Origin: Minisyncoccia bacterium | Lineage (GTDB): Bacteria; Patescibacteriota; Minisyncoccia; Moranbacterales; GCA-2747515 | Reading direction: 5' to 3' | Assembly: GCA_041738235.1 (NCBI GenBank) | Contig: JBGSQF010000013.1 | Span: 321,899-385,898, forward strand | Length of the DNA: 64,000 nt | Shown here: positions 48,512-58,796 of the stretch, one piece after another | Layout: each line of letters starts with the position of its first letter | Position numbering within the stretch: position 1 is the first letter of the stretch | The notes under the pieces: generated by a model | The model's input: the letters and a program-made list of their open reading frames with translations, nothing else | Database searches by the model: none | Told to the model about the DNA's origin: nothing | Translations under genes and position numbers: made by a program

Positions 48512-49090
48512 TTAGTGAGATGCTTTATACTCCTCAAAGTCTTTGGCCATGTTTTCAAAAAGTCCCTCCGCCATCTCACGACTCACTTCAAATCGTAATT
48601 TTTCTTTCTTGTCCAACTTCCTTTGTATAGAACTCTCCAATTTTTCTCGATGTGCCCACTCGATAAATAACATATATAATCTCTTATCGGAGGGAAGCGC
48701 CAAAGCATCAGCATCTTTAATAATCTTCATCTCATCAGTATCACTTGAGTAGCTGATAATCCCCCTTATCTTTGCAAGGCGCCCCTTTTCAAGTCCTAGG
48801 CCATCAAGAAATTCCTCAGATACAAGCACGTTAAACGACTCATGTGCTCGGTGAAGCGTTTCGGCATCCGCTTTATGTGTTTTACCAATATCGTGCAGAA
48901 GCGCCCCCACAGAAACGACCAAAGAATCACATGGAACACTTTCGGCAATTTTCCGAGCGATTTCCTCGACTCGACAGCTGTGATCGTACATCACGTGCCA
49001 ATCATTGAAACTATAATGAGGATTTTCCTGAAAAGCCTTCTTCACAAAATCCCGTGTCTTTTGAATTACAGCTAATTCATCCATATTCAT
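48512..49090 (-). CDS. HD-domain phosphohydrolase
   Basis: H..RV, LLHDIGK, KDADAL. Confidence 0.85.
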   Translation of the reverse strand: MNMDELAVIQKTRDFVKKAFQENPHYSFNDWHVMYDHSCRVEEIARKIAESVPCDSLVVSVGALLHDIGKTHKADAETLHRAHESFNVLVSEEFLDGLGLEKGRLAKIRGIISYSSDTDEMKIIKDADALALPSDKRLYMLFIEWAHREKLESSIQRKLDKKEKLRFEVSREMAEGLFENMAKDFEEYKASH

Positions 49091-49191
49091 TGCTTGCTTC
49101 CATTCTAAGAAATTAGTTGTGCTGAGCGCCGCCACCCCCGAAAAGGTCGTCGAGGTTACGAACTCAAACACTTATGATCAGTGTCCTAAGT

Positions 49192-49749
49192 CTAACCTTT
49201 TTTTGGTTCCGGTGTAAAGTTTTTTTTCCAATTATCTCCATTAAAACGCCCTGTTTCTGTATAATCCCGAGAAACAGGAGAGGATAACTTGCTAAACGTG
49301 AGTTGCGCAATGGCCATTCCTGGTCGCAAAATGATCGGAACCACATTAAAATTCGCCAATTCCAGAGTAATGTGCAAAAAATGCCCGGGGTTAATAATTC
49401 CGGCGGTATTGTGCACTACGAGCCCTATTCTTGCCAAAGAACTCTTCCCCGATATCTGAATGAGATACTCGTATGATCCCACAAAATCCTTGAGCGTTCC
49501 GAGAACCGTCGCTCGTGGGTGCAATACGAACTCTTCTCCATCAGGGATTTCCACTTCGCTCGTCTTGGGGAATATTTTATGAGCCGGATCGATCGCCTGC
49601 GTCTCGTGCGCGCTCGTGAGAATAAACCTATTTCCCAACAACACATCGTAACTTGCCGGCTGAAGTCGATTTTCATCAAATTCCTTGATAGTAATCACCC
49701 CATCTTCCACCGCCTTTTTTATGTCTCCATCGGATAAGAACATACTCAC
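49192..49749 (-). CDS. dcd: dCTP deaminase
   Basis: LSDGDI, LQPASYD, GKSSLARIGL.VH.TAG.I.PG, ITLE, IAQL. Confidence 0.92.
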   Translation of the reverse strand: MSMFLSDGDIKKAVEDGVITIKEFDENRLQPASYDVLLGNRFILTSAHETQAIDPAHKIFPKTSEVEIPDGEEFVLHPRATVLGTLKDFVGSYEYLIQISGKSSLARIGLVVHNTAGIINPGHFLHITLELANFNVVPIILRPGMAIAQLTFSKLSSPVSRDYTETGRFNGDNWKKNFTPEPKKG

Positions 49750-49789
49750 TACAAATTACAAATAAATGCCCATACAAATATACAAATAC

Positions 49790-50230
49790 CTAATCACTGA
49801 CTACCCGTTCTTTTAAAACTTTTTCCAGTTGAACAAGTAGATCTTTTTCATCTTCCGCCTCGATCATACTACTGACTGCAGGATTTCCTCTTGTCATTCT
49901 TCCCACCAATTCTCCCTTAAACCAAAACAAAATAATATCTGAGGTAGTAATTCTTGCAATTTCTAACTCGGCACCCACGCCCAGTGAAGGCATACCTACA
50001 TAAGCAATAAGCATATCCGATGATGCCACCTCTCTATGGTCCGTCTTCCACACTTCGCGGGCGCTTACTTGTGGATCTTTTATCGGATCCGTTCCACCAA
50101 GATGAGGGATATAAACGGAATCAAAATACTTGGAAGCGACCTTTCCAACATCCTCATATAAGCGCTTCATCTTCTCTATTTCCTTGACTCCCGTCAGCGG
50201 ACCAGAGATATATACTTTTTTCATATCCAT
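49790..50230 (-). CDS. Nucleoside 2-deoxyribosyltransferase / dNMP N-glycosidase-like protein
   Basis: VYISGPL, D...V..SD..IA, PSLGVGAEL. Confidence 0.78.
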   Translation of the reverse strand: MDMKKVYISGPLTGVKEIEKMKRLYEDVGKVASKYFDSVYIPHLGGTDPIKDPQVSAREVWKTDHREVASSDMLIAYVGMPSLGVGAELEIARITTSDIILFWFKGELVGRMTRGNPAVSSMIEAEDEKDLLVQLEKVLKERVVSD

Positions 50231-50315
50231 TCTTTTACCGTTTTATACCAAATCAATCTCGAAAAATTTTTAATTCCCCGAATTAAAACACTTTTTACTT
50301 TAAACTTTTCACTTT

Positions 50316-50999
50316 TTACTGAATTGTAAACGTCTTCTCCGTTCCGTAATACTCCTGCCAATGTTGATTGTAATGGGCAAACATTCGCTCGAGGCGATCT
50401 TGAGGAAGTTCTTCTACGCCCAATGTTGCCATAAGCGCACGAATCTCCTTTTTTACTTCGTCGGCGGAAATATTCTCCGACACCACTCGTTCAAATTCTG
50501 CCAAATAACCATACCCGGCGTTGCGATCGATACAGATATGCGTCCCATCACTCATTTCATATTCTTCACGATCACGTGACCACTTGGCTTGATACTCACA
50601 CCCACTGGCAATCACCAATGCGTCAACCTCATCGATGCTCATTGCCACCGTTGATTCAAACTCAATGCGTGCTGTGCCATTGGAGCTTGTCGTATCGTCG
50701 ATAGAGGCTTTGATCACAAATAATACCACATCATCAGTCTTGCGTGTGCGAATGGAAATATTTTTTCCTTCGTGAAGTATACGCAAAAAACGTTCAGTCC
50801 CATCAGGTGAGATCGTTTGTAGAAAGTTTTTTTCCAACAGCTTCATATCACCTCCCACGAAGTAATGATTGAGCTGTTTGTTCGTATCAATAATGCGACA
50901 ACTTGGGTCAAGCTCCAACATTCTTTTTTTGAGCTCTTGCACCTTCTCAATACTCCCCAACAATGACTTGATCTCCACTTCTACCAAATGATTTTCCAT
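50316..50999 (-). CDS. CYTH (triphosphate tunnel) domain protein
   Basis: EVEIK (ExExK), QLNHYF, IRTR, RIEFE, LAEFE. Confidence 0.8.
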   Translation of the reverse strand: MENHLVEVEIKSLLGSIEKVQELKKRMLELDPSCRIIDTNKQLNHYFVGGDMKLLEKNFLQTISPDGTERFLRILHEGKNISIRTRKTDDVVLFVIKASIDDTTSSNGTARIEFESTVAMSIDEVDALVIASGCEYQAKWSRDREEYEMSDGTHICIDRNAGYGYLAEFERVVSENISADEVKKEIRALMATLGVEELPQDRLERMFAHYNQHWQEYYGTEKTFTIQ

Positions 51000-51100
51000 A
51001 AAAGCTCCAATAATTTAATTGTATTAATTTTTCTATTATACCCCTATTCTGCCTATCCGTAAAATATCAGGAAAGTCCGTACAAAAAGAAAAAACGGACA

Positions 51101-51664
51101 TTATCGATCCGTTTTTATCTTCTTTATGATCTCCTCAGTTTTCTGCATAAGCTCTTCGAGCGTTCCTTCATTGTAGAGTGTAAAATCGGCATGACTGCCT
51201 ATCTCCGGGATACTTTTCTCTGTCTCCAAAGAAGCCTCCATCGTAACAAACTTCTCAAAAGGAATATTATCATCCGACTTCTCTCCACGACCTACTGTTC
51301 GTTTCCATCGCAATTCTTGACTTGCCGTAACATAGATCAGTATACTATTCTCAAACTTCCGCAGATATTCATAGTCCTCCATGTACCGAAGTCCATTGAT
51401 CGAGGCGATATCCTCAATAAACGCGATCTTACGATCCAATGCTCGGCAAAAGATATCCTTACCAAAATGTTTTTTGAATTCCACAGCGATCCATGCCTGG
51501 TCTTCTCGGGACGGTCGCTCAAAGAACATTCTGAGGATATCTTTGATAGGATCGGAAAAACGGAGCAGCACCGCTCCATATACATCACGAAGATGGTATG
51601 CCACCGTATCTTTCCCAGAACCACTTTCTCCAACCAAACCAATAACGAGGGGATGTTTTTGCAT
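51101..51664 (-). CDS. P-loop (deoxy)nucleoside monophosphate kinase-like protein
   Basis: GESGSGKDT, FSDPIK, GLRY, RWKR...RGEK, NEGTLEEL. Confidence 0.78.
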   Translation of the reverse strand: MQKHPLVIGLVGESGSGKDTVAYHLRDVYGAVLLRFSDPIKDILRMFFERPSREDQAWIAVEFKKHFGKDIFCRALDRKIAFIEDIASINGLRYMEDYEYLRKFENSILIYVTASQELRWKRTVGRGEKSDDNIPFEKFVTMEASLETEKSIPEIGSHADFTLYNEGTLEELMQKTEEIIKKIKTDR

Positions 51665-51689
51665 ACCTTCTTAAATTACCCTTGAAAGA

Positions 51690-52367
51690 TTATTGCACAC
51701 GAATGCTCGGTCCCATTGTAGAACACACTGACAAAGATACAATAAATTTCCCCTTCACAGAACCTGGTTTGGATTTGGCGATCGTTTCGGTAAATACCCC
51801 AAAGTTTTCCTGTAGTTTTTCGATTCCGAATGATACTTTTCCAATAACCTGGTGGATATTCCCGGTATTATCATTTTTAAAATTCACCTTTCCCTTTCGC
51901 AGTGACTCAACAGCCTCCGTTACTTTTGTTGTAACCGTTTCCGTCTTCGGGCTTGGCATCATGCCTCGAGGTCCCAAGATCTTAGCCATGGGGGCAAGTT
52001 TCGGCATCATCTCCGGAGTAGCCACCAATATATCACAATCGAGAGCAAAGAATTTTCCAGATTTAATATCCTCGATCAACTCCTCTCCTCCAACAACATC
52101 TGCTCCAGCTTTCTTTGCATCAGCCTGAGCGGTTGATGTGATCACGGCAACCTTTTTCTGTTTTCCCGTTCCATGAGGAAGTACGATCGTTCCCCGTATC
52201 TGTTGGTCACCTTTTTTAGGATCGATATTGAGATGCATATGCACTTCAACCGACTCATCAAACTTTGCTGTTGCGTTCTCTATCACGAATTGCAACGCAT
52301 CAGAGGGTGTATATACCTTATCCTCCAACTTCTCTATTACTGCTCGATACTTTTTTCCTTGTTTCAT
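51690..52367 (-). CDS. rplA: 50S ribosomal protein L1
   Basis: AKFDESVE, LPHGTGK, ILGPRGMMPSPK, STMGPS. Confidence 0.96.
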   Translation of the reverse strand: MKQGKKYRAVIEKLEDKVYTPSDALQFVIENATAKFDESVEVHMHLNIDPKKGDQQIRGTIVLPHGTGKQKKVAVITSTAQADAKKAGADVVGGEELIEDIKSGKFFALDCDILVATPEMMPKLAPMAKILGPRGMMPSPKTETVTTKVTEAVESLRKGKVNFKNDNTGNIHQVIGKVSFGIEKLQENFGVFTETIAKSKPGSVKGKFIVSLSVCSTMGPSIRVQ

Positions 52368-52376
52368 ATGTTTTTC

Positions 52377-52406
52377 GTGGTGATAACGAGTCAACAACTC
52401 TCCCAC
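52377..52406 (-). promoter_or_regulatory. Putative L1-binding autoregulatory site
   Basis: GTGG-GA-GAGTT..GACTC..CCAC stem with internal loop just before rplA; resembles Firmicute rplK-rplA intergenic L1 sites. Confidence 0.6.
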
Positions 52407-52476
52407 AAATTAAATACTTATATTAATTCATCTTTCAAAGGATCCCGAATACATTTTCAGAGATATTCCCCGTCAT

Positions 52477-52902
52477 TTATTCACTGATCTTGATGCCCAT
52501 TGATCGCGCTGTTCCTTCAACGATCTTTATTGCAGCCTCAATATCATTTGCATTCAAATCCTCCATCTTGATCTCAGCGATTTCCCGCACCTGTGCTTTC
52601 GTTACCTTCCCAGCTGTATCCTTAAGAGGATTAGCAGCTCCTTTCTCGACCTTCGCTGCCTTCTTCAATAATTCCGATGCGGGGGGCGTCTTCATGACAA
52701 AATCAAATGTTCGATCCTCAAAAACCGTGATCTCCACTGGAACCACATCACCCATACGATCTTTCGAGGCCTCATTGAATTTGGTGCAAAAATCCTGAAT
52801 ATTCAAACCGTGCTGCCCCAATGCTGGGCCAACTGGAGGAGCGGGATTTGCTTTTCCTCCTTGTATCTGAAGCTTGATCACTGTTGTTACTTTCTTTGCC
52901 AT
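52477..52902 (-). CDS. rplK: 50S ribosomal protein L11
   Basis: [28 protein letters not shown]. Confidence 0.97.
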   Translation of the reverse strand: MAKKVTTVIKLQIQGGKANPAPPVGPALGQHGLNIQDFCTKFNEASKDRMGDVVPVEITVFEDRTFDFVMKTPPASELLKKAAKVEKGAANPLKDTAGKVTKAQVREIAEIKMEDLNANDIEAAIKIVEGTARSMGIKISE

Positions 52903-52926
52903 AACACTACAAAAATTACAAATTGA

Positions 52927-53472
52927 TTATACCTTTCGTATCTGCAAGAAATCGAGTTCCACCGGTGTCTCCCGACCAAATATCGACACCAACACCTTTA
53001 TCTTCCCCTTTCCTTCATCAACATCCTGCACTTTTCCATCAAACTCCTTAAATGGTCCATCAGTGATCTTCACACTATCCCCACTCTTTACATCGATCTT
53101 GAATTTCGGCTCAGCAACACCCATTCTTTTCTTAATAGTAGATACTTCCTGAGGATCAACAGGCGTGGGTGTAGTTCCCAAGCCAATGAACCCGGTCACG
53201 TTGGGCGTATTCCGAACAACATACCAAGAAGCATCCGTAACGATCATATCCACTAAAACGTACCCTGGATATATTCTCTCATCCACAACAACACGCTTCC
53301 CCCCTTTTATCTTTATCTTTTTCTCTTTTGGAACAATAACGTCAAAGATAAGATCCTGCATATCCATCGATTCGATACGCTGTTTCAGGTTCCTTGCTAC
53401 ATTATCCTCATACCCTGAATATGTATGTATAACATACCACGCTCGACCATGATGTTGTGATTGTTTGGCCAT
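52927..53472 (-). CDS. nusG: Transcription factor NusG
   Basis: WYVIHTYSGYE, YPGYVLV, GPFKEF, IFGRETPVEL. Confidence 0.97.
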   Translation of the reverse strand: MAKQSQHHGRAWYVIHTYSGYEDNVARNLKQRIESMDMQDLIFDVIVPKEKKIKIKGGKRVVVDERIYPGYVLVDMIVTDASWYVVRNTPNVTGFIGLGTTPTPVDPQEVSTIKKRMGVAEPKFKIDVKSGDSVKITDGPFKEFDGKVQDVDEGKGKIKVLVSIFGRETPVELDFLQIRKV

Positions 53473-53558
53473 ACAGAATGATCCCTTATATAATAAATTA
53501 TAAAACCCCTAGTATAAAGATACGTTATCCACCTTTCTTTAAAATAACTGACCAAAAC

Positions 53559-53747
53559 CTATCCCAAGAAGAAAGTTCGTAAACCCCAACTAAATAAGTA
53601 ATCCAACCCGCCAAGGAAAAGAGCAGTAAGAACACTCAAAAATATCACCAAAAGGGTGTAATTTTTGACTTGGTCTTTTGTTGGCCAGTTTACTCTTTTG
53701 AGTTCTGCCTGCGACTCCTTAAAGTAGGTCGTAATATCCTTTATCAT
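53559..53747 (-). CDS. secE: Preprotein translocase SecE
   Basis: ELKRVNWP plus TM; upstream of nusG. Confidence 0.93.
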   Translation of the reverse strand: MIKDITTYFKESQAELKRVNWPTKDQVKNYTLLVIFLSVLTALFLGGLDYLFSWGLRTFFLG

Positions 53748-53844
53748 ATTTTTCCTTTTTTAAAAGCCCTTCTGGGCTTCGTAGCTACATAATAGAACAA
53801 TATACCCTGCTTGTCAAACGCTCTCCTATAATAGAGAAAAATAC

Positions 53845-55809
53845 TTATTGACCGATTTCAACATGGATCTTATTAGGATCTACAGGGAGTTTATTTTGAA
53901 GATGAATGCCCTGCGCCTCCACCTCAAAGCTCTGCACCTGAGAATACTTATTCAGCACATCCTGTAACCCAGACTCATCCTTTCCAGCAACATCAAGACG
54001 TATATCATTTACTGGAAGAACTGGAAAAAAGTATCCGGAAACAAACATTTTTATATCAGCTGTTTTATTGTCAAAGTTAGTGGTGATCTTACCATATTCT
54101 ATGTGAATAGAACGATTATCGGAAATTTTCCTTTCACTCTCGGACAAGTTTCCACTAAGTTTTTCTAAAGCCATATTTTCCATGTCCTGATCAGAGAATG
54201 CTATGTAGCGAACAGCTACCTTTGCCTGAAGCTCAAAAGTATCCGTAACAGTACCGATAGAAGGAACTGGCTTTTCTTCAAGAAACTTCACTTCAATAAG
54301 ATCCTCCAAGGTATTTCCCGATGATACGTCTGTTTTCGCTTTCTCCATGACCTTGGTCCGTATAGAGTCTTCTATATTTTTCTTTGCTTGGATAATATCT
54401 TGATCTGAAACAGACCTGTTCTTTTCATTCTCTGCTCCCCCTCCAGACATTATCTGTTGAGATTCAGCGTAGATCTTTTCGTATTTTGGCCCCCCAGAGA
54501 ATCCAGGTATGGTAAATTTAGTAGCTTCAATATTATATTCAGCCCCAGGAACATCCGCCTGCGCTTCAACTTCCACTTGACCCGGCTGCATGACCCCATC
54601 CTTCTCATACATACCCGGCACAACAATGGATTTCGTAATGCGAAATATCTTCCCATCCGGTGTTTGTAGTCGAGTAGTCGCTACCAACGGCTGATCCTCG
54701 GTACTAAAAGCATTGTAGATCGTCACCATACCGTATGCCTTGCTTCCTCTGCCTGAAGCGATCCCCGTGGCTGATCCTGACATGTTCACATCCTCTTGAT
54801 ATTCAGAAAAGTATGCCTGAACACTACCATCTCCACCATCAACCGCTAAAAGATAACTCACATCCCCAGAGATATCTTCTTTTTTTGGATAAGCTGTTAC
54901 CTTCACCTCTGGATTTCCAATATACATCCAAACAACGAACATCATCCCAATAATAATGGCGAAAGAACCCACCACGATCCATCGAATTCGAAAACCCTTA
55001 GACGCTTTCTTTTCTTGCTGACGGTCGAGTGTTTCTAATGACAGAGCGCGTCGCTCTCTTGAACTCTCGTCACTATGCCGGATTTTCTCTGAAAGACTTT
55101 CTCTCCTATTCTTAGGGAGATCCTGATATGGACCTTTGCTGAGACCCCTATCGTTCCAAGCATGCGAACCCATTGTATTGTCTGCTCCATCATCTGAGAA
55201 AGTTTGTTGCACTCGCTCTCTTGACTCAGAAAAAGATCCGGAATCAGTTTTTACATCTGACCTTCTAGGAGTCTTTGCTCTAAACAAGGACTGAACAGCT
55301 GATCGTGGTGCAGCCCTCAATACTGGTTGTTTCTGTATATTCTCAGCAGATGGATCAATAGGCGCTTCCTGTCGTGCTACAACTTTTACCGACTCAGCAT
55401 ACGGTCCCGGAACCGCATCAAACGATCTGGGCATCCTATCAGAATTCCTCAACACACTTGTTACTTCTGATTGTGGTTGTGGCACTCGCTGATTTCGTAC
55501 CTCCTCTCCCACACCGCTTGCAGGTTGTTCCTCTTTAAGAAAAAGCATTTCCTCCAACGTGTGTCGAACAAAAAATCCTACACGCGTTGCCATCTGAAAC
55601 CCTTGTTCATCCTGAGTGACTATGGAAACATCTTTCCCCAATCGATCTGCTTCCCGCTTCAGGAGGCGCATGGTAATGACACTTGAAAATAAAAGTGCCC
55701 GATGTGGAACAACTAGCACAATAAAACCGGCCTCCGTTGATTTCATCCGGGCTATAAAAGAAAGGATCTCATCGTCAGGATCTACATGAAAAATGACGTA
55801 TCCAGACAT
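53845..55809 (-). CDS. Single-TM protein with an extracellular baseplate-J-like domain
   Basis: N-terminal DDEI...VVP..A.LF domain, disordered linker, TM, KAYGMVTIYN...TRLQT.DGKIFR...A...G..YNI. Confidence 0.65.
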   Translation of the reverse strand: MSGYVIFHVDPDDEILSFIARMKSTEAGFIVLVVPHRALLFSSVITMRLLKREADRLGKDVSIVTQDEQGFQMATRVGFFVRHTLEEMLFLKEEQPASGVGEEVRNQRVPQPQSEVTSVLRNSDRMPRSFDAVPGPYAESVKVVARQEAPIDPSAENIQKQPVLRAAPRSAVQSLFRAKTPRRSDVKTDSGSFSESRERVQQTFSDDGADNTMGSHAWNDRGLSKGPYQDLPKNRRESLSEKIRHSDESSRERRALSLETLDRQQEKKASKGFRIRWIVVGSFAIIIGMMFVVWMYIGNPEVKVTAYPKKEDISGDVSYLLAVDGGDGSVQAYFSEYQEDVNMSGSATGIASGRGSKAYGMVTIYNAFSTEDQPLVATTRLQTPDGKIFRITKSIVVPGMYEKDGVMQPGQVEVEAQADVPGAEYNIEATKFTIPGFSGGPKYEKIYAESQQIMSGGGAENEKNRSVSDQDIIQAKKNIEDSIRTKVMEKAKTDVSSGNTLEDLIEVKFLEEKPVPSIGTVTDTFELQAKVAVRYIAFSDQDMENMALEKLSGNLSESERKISDNRSIHIEYGKITTNFDNKTADIKMFVSGYFFPVLPVNDIRLDVAGKDESGLQDVLNKYSQVQSFEVEAQGIHLQNKLPVDPNKIHVEIGQ

Positions 55810-55846
55810 AACAACTCTTTTTTAAAAACACAACGACTACGCCCGA

Positions 55847-57094
55847 TCATACAACTTTACGTGCCTCCCTTCGCAAGATTCCCGAAAGAAATTTCTCTTC
55901 ATCAAGAAGTTCCACACCCAAACTCACTAAACTCATCGGCGTGACATCTTGTGGTGTTGACAATTCCCCAGTCCGATCCTCAACGCGCTTTACATCCTTT
56001 GGATGAAGAAAATTGACGGTCAATGTTTTTGAGAAAGGTAGTTCTTGTGTCCATTCGGGAAGCAAAAGTGATTCCCGGATCTCCTCCAGCCCTGATCCTC
56101 CTCCACAGAGAAATATTTTGGAAGGAAGAACATCATTTTCAGAAAATTCTGCCAAAGACATCTCCATACCTCCAAGCCACACCAGACTATCTTCCTTTAA
56201 TATACTGCGAACAGGATCCCGGTCCCTTGCAGCAAGAGTTCCCTGAGAATATCCGATCTTCACCCTCTCCGCCTCAGCAAAATCCAAATTAAATGCCTGC
56301 GCCAATCGTTTTGTAAATACTCGCCCCCCAAGCGCAAACATTCTCGTCCCCTCCAATCCGCCATTTCGTACCACGGCAATATCGGTTGTCCCGCCTCCAA
56401 TATCCACAAATATGGCATGAAAATCAAAATTATCATCCTGCATGACTGATTTTGCAACTGCGTAAGGTTCTGCCACGATAGAAAAAATATCAACACCGAT
56501 GTCGTCTGCTATCTTTTCTAAGGCTCCCAAATGCACCAGTGGTGCATACGCATTAAAAACACTGATAGACACATCGGTTCCCTGAAATCCAATTGGACTC
56601 GTAACTTTGTATCCATCGATACGAACATCCACCAAAGCAGAATTGACCAGACGAACCTCGATCGTCTGTTGTCCCGTATCCAGCGCAAGCTGTTTTTTTA
56701 TTCGTTCATATGCATTTTGCTGTACCTGTCGAATGATCTCTTTCACCTCTGAGACATCAATACGAATACTCGATCTGATTCGCTTATAATGTACGGTCGT
56801 AGTTGTGCCCTTTACTAATTCACCAGCAATACCCAGAATAGATTTTCCCACATTCTTTACGTGAGCGCTTTTTTTCGCTTTCTCAATAGCTACCCTCGAT
56901 GTGTCGATCACTCCTTGGATGTGAGAAATAGCACCGCTACGCATATTCCCAGGCTTTTGTGCCTCTTTCCCGACCCCAAGAATAATGCCTTTATTCGCCT
57001 TTTTGTCCACCTCAAAAACCAAAGCCTTAACAACTTCCGTTCCAATATCCAATGCTAAATATTTTTCAGACGATCCTCCTCCCCAAAAAGACAT
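55847..57094 (-). CDS. FtsA-like actin-fold ATPase
   Basis: ALDIGTE, AEPYA, DIGGGTTD, AE..K, GGGS. Confidence 0.82.
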   Translation of the reverse strand: MSFWGGGSSEKYLALDIGTEVVKALVFEVDKKANKGIILGVGKEAQKPGNMRSGAISHIQGVIDTSRVAIEKAKKSAHVKNVGKSILGIAGELVKGTTTTVHYKRIRSSIRIDVSEVKEIIRQVQQNAYERIKKQLALDTGQQTIEVRLVNSALVDVRIDGYKVTSPIGFQGTDVSISVFNAYAPLVHLGALEKIADDIGVDIFSIVAEPYAVAKSVMQDDNFDFHAIFVDIGGGTTDIAVVRNGGLEGTRMFALGGRVFTKRLAQAFNLDFAEAERVKIGYSQGTLAARDRDPVRSILKEDSLVWLGGMEMSLAEFSENDVLPSKIFLCGGGSGLEEIRESLLLPEWTQELPFSKTLTVNFLHPKDVKRVEDRTGELSTPQDVTPMSLVSLGVELLDEEKFLSGILRREARKVV

Positions 57095-57174
57095 AGTAAG
57101 CGAGATTTATTAAGATACAAACCTACCTATATGAACAAAACATGACTCCCAATATATAGGTTCTCATTTGATAA

Positions 57175-58185
57175 TTATACCACAATTACCTCGATCTGCT
57201 CTGCAACAACAGACATCTCACTCAATGTCAATAATCCATCTCGCGCTCCATAATACTGAACAACGCTCCCACCGTTGGCAATTCCCCATCGCAAACATTC
57301 TGCCATATCCTTTCCTCGCAGATAGGCCGCAATGAATGCTCCCGTAAAAGCGTCTCCTGCGCCAGTGCTATCCACAATATGCTCGACCTTCCTTGATCTT
57401 GCAAAATAGCAAGTTTCTCGATTGTATACCCATGCCCCACGATCACCATCAGTAATAACTGCATACTTTGCCCCAAACGACGTTATTACCTCCGCAAGAT
57501 ATCTTTCTTCACTCAGGCGATCTCTTTCAACATTTTCGTTCTCCCTCAAAATAACTTCTATAGCCTCATCCTTATTTACAAAGACTATCTCACTTATACC
57601 CATAAGGCTCACTACACAATGTACATCATCTACAATATTCCTCTGCCCAGGATTGTAATACACTCGAGCCAAATGGTCCTTCACAACACCTTCTATAACA
57701 GTGATATTATCTTGCCATTCCCCATACATCCCACTGACAAATATCTCTTCCAGATTCTCGATATCTTCCTTTTTTACTTTGAGTCGCTCATTAGCGTCAC
57801 GATTATACACAACGGTTCTGTCAGCACTTTTTGGCTCAACGATAATACATGCCACATCCGTTCCTACACCCTTTTCTCGGGTCAGATACCGAGTATCAAC
57901 CCCCTCATTAGAAAGGTCCGCAATGATCTCTTCTCCATAGGTATCCTCTCCCACAACAGAATAACTCAACGGTTGCACCTCAAGTCTTGCTAAAGCCAAA
58001 GACACATTCAAAGAACACCCTCCTGGGGCCTCATATCGGTTTTCCGTACGATATTTAGCACCCAATTCTAAGAGTATATTTTTTTTAGATGTTAGGTCCT
58101 CCGGGGTATTATAGACCCGCACATCCTCAAGAGGAAAAAATATATCCCGAGACGCAGAACCGATGCACACGATAGATTTACTCAT
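57175..58185 (-). CDS. PfkB family carbohydrate kinase
   Basis: GG..NV..ALARL, VNKDEA, DSTGAGDAF. Confidence 0.9.
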   Translation of the reverse strand: MSKSIVCIGSASRDIFFPLEDVRVYNTPEDLTSKKNILLELGAKYRTENRYEAPGGCSLNVSLALARLEVQPLSYSVVGEDTYGEEIIADLSNEGVDTRYLTREKGVGTDVACIIVEPKSADRTVVYNRDANERLKVKKEDIENLEEIFVSGMYGEWQDNITVIEGVVKDHLARVYYNPGQRNIVDDVHCVVSLMGISEIVFVNKDEAIEVILRENENVERDRLSEERYLAEVITSFGAKYAVITDGDRGAWVYNRETCYFARSRKVEHIVDSTGAGDAFTGAFIAAYLRGKDMAECLRWGIANGGSVVQYYGARDGLLTLSEMSVVAEQIEVIVV

Positions 58186-58261
58186 ATATAATTTATTTAA
58201 GCTCTTCAAACCAACATCTACTTAGTTGAGAACATAAGCCCTTCCACGAGAAACAAAAAGA

Positions 58262-58669
58262 TCAAAATGTAGTATTTGACCCCCTCAACCAGGTATCGAT
58301 CGCCGTAATAATGATCAATCCTGAAAGCATTATAATAACACCGACGATCGAATAGATCATATTGCGTTTTGCTGTTTCAATAATGTCATCATTCCCAGCA
58401 GAAACTAAATATTGTATCCCGGAGATCACGAAAGCGATAATAGCAACGGTACCAGCAATTAGCAAAAGCCACTTTAAAACATTGAGCGATACCTCTAGCG
58501 GAGTCTTTTCCGACAATCCAAGTTTTGTCCCTTTTGGGACACATGTTCCTTTATACAGCGTAAGGTTAGAATCTTGCTTTGTACAATCGGACTCAGTGAG
58601 CGCATATACATTTGACTGTAAGAGAAAGCAAGAAAGAAATAAAAAACTTATCAAAAAAAGTTTTTTCAT
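58262..58669 (-). CDS. VirB2/TrbC-type pilin
   Basis: Signal peptide, then TM-G..YL.SAG....AK..M.Y.IVG-TM. Confidence 0.8.
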   Translation of the reverse strand: MKKLFLISFLFLSCFLLQSNVYALTESDCTKQDSNLTLYKGTCVPKGTKLGLSEKTPLEVSLNVLKWLLLIAGTVAIIAFVISGIQYLVSAGNDDIIETAKRNMIYSIVGVIIMLSGLIIITAIDTWLRGSNTTF

Positions 58670-58796
58670 ATCAAAAATCATAATCTATTTTTACTTTCTT
58701 ATTTTTACAAGATCTTATTTCCATTTTACCACTTTTCACCCAAAAACAAAAGCGACCCTTGGCATAGGATCGCTCTTGCGAAAATACAGAGAGTAT

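Noticed and set aside
42789-53534. DnaA-like boxes (42789, 53526; also 15587) as oriC
   Set aside because: They are isolated single boxes near promoters, with no cluster and no dnaA or dnaN
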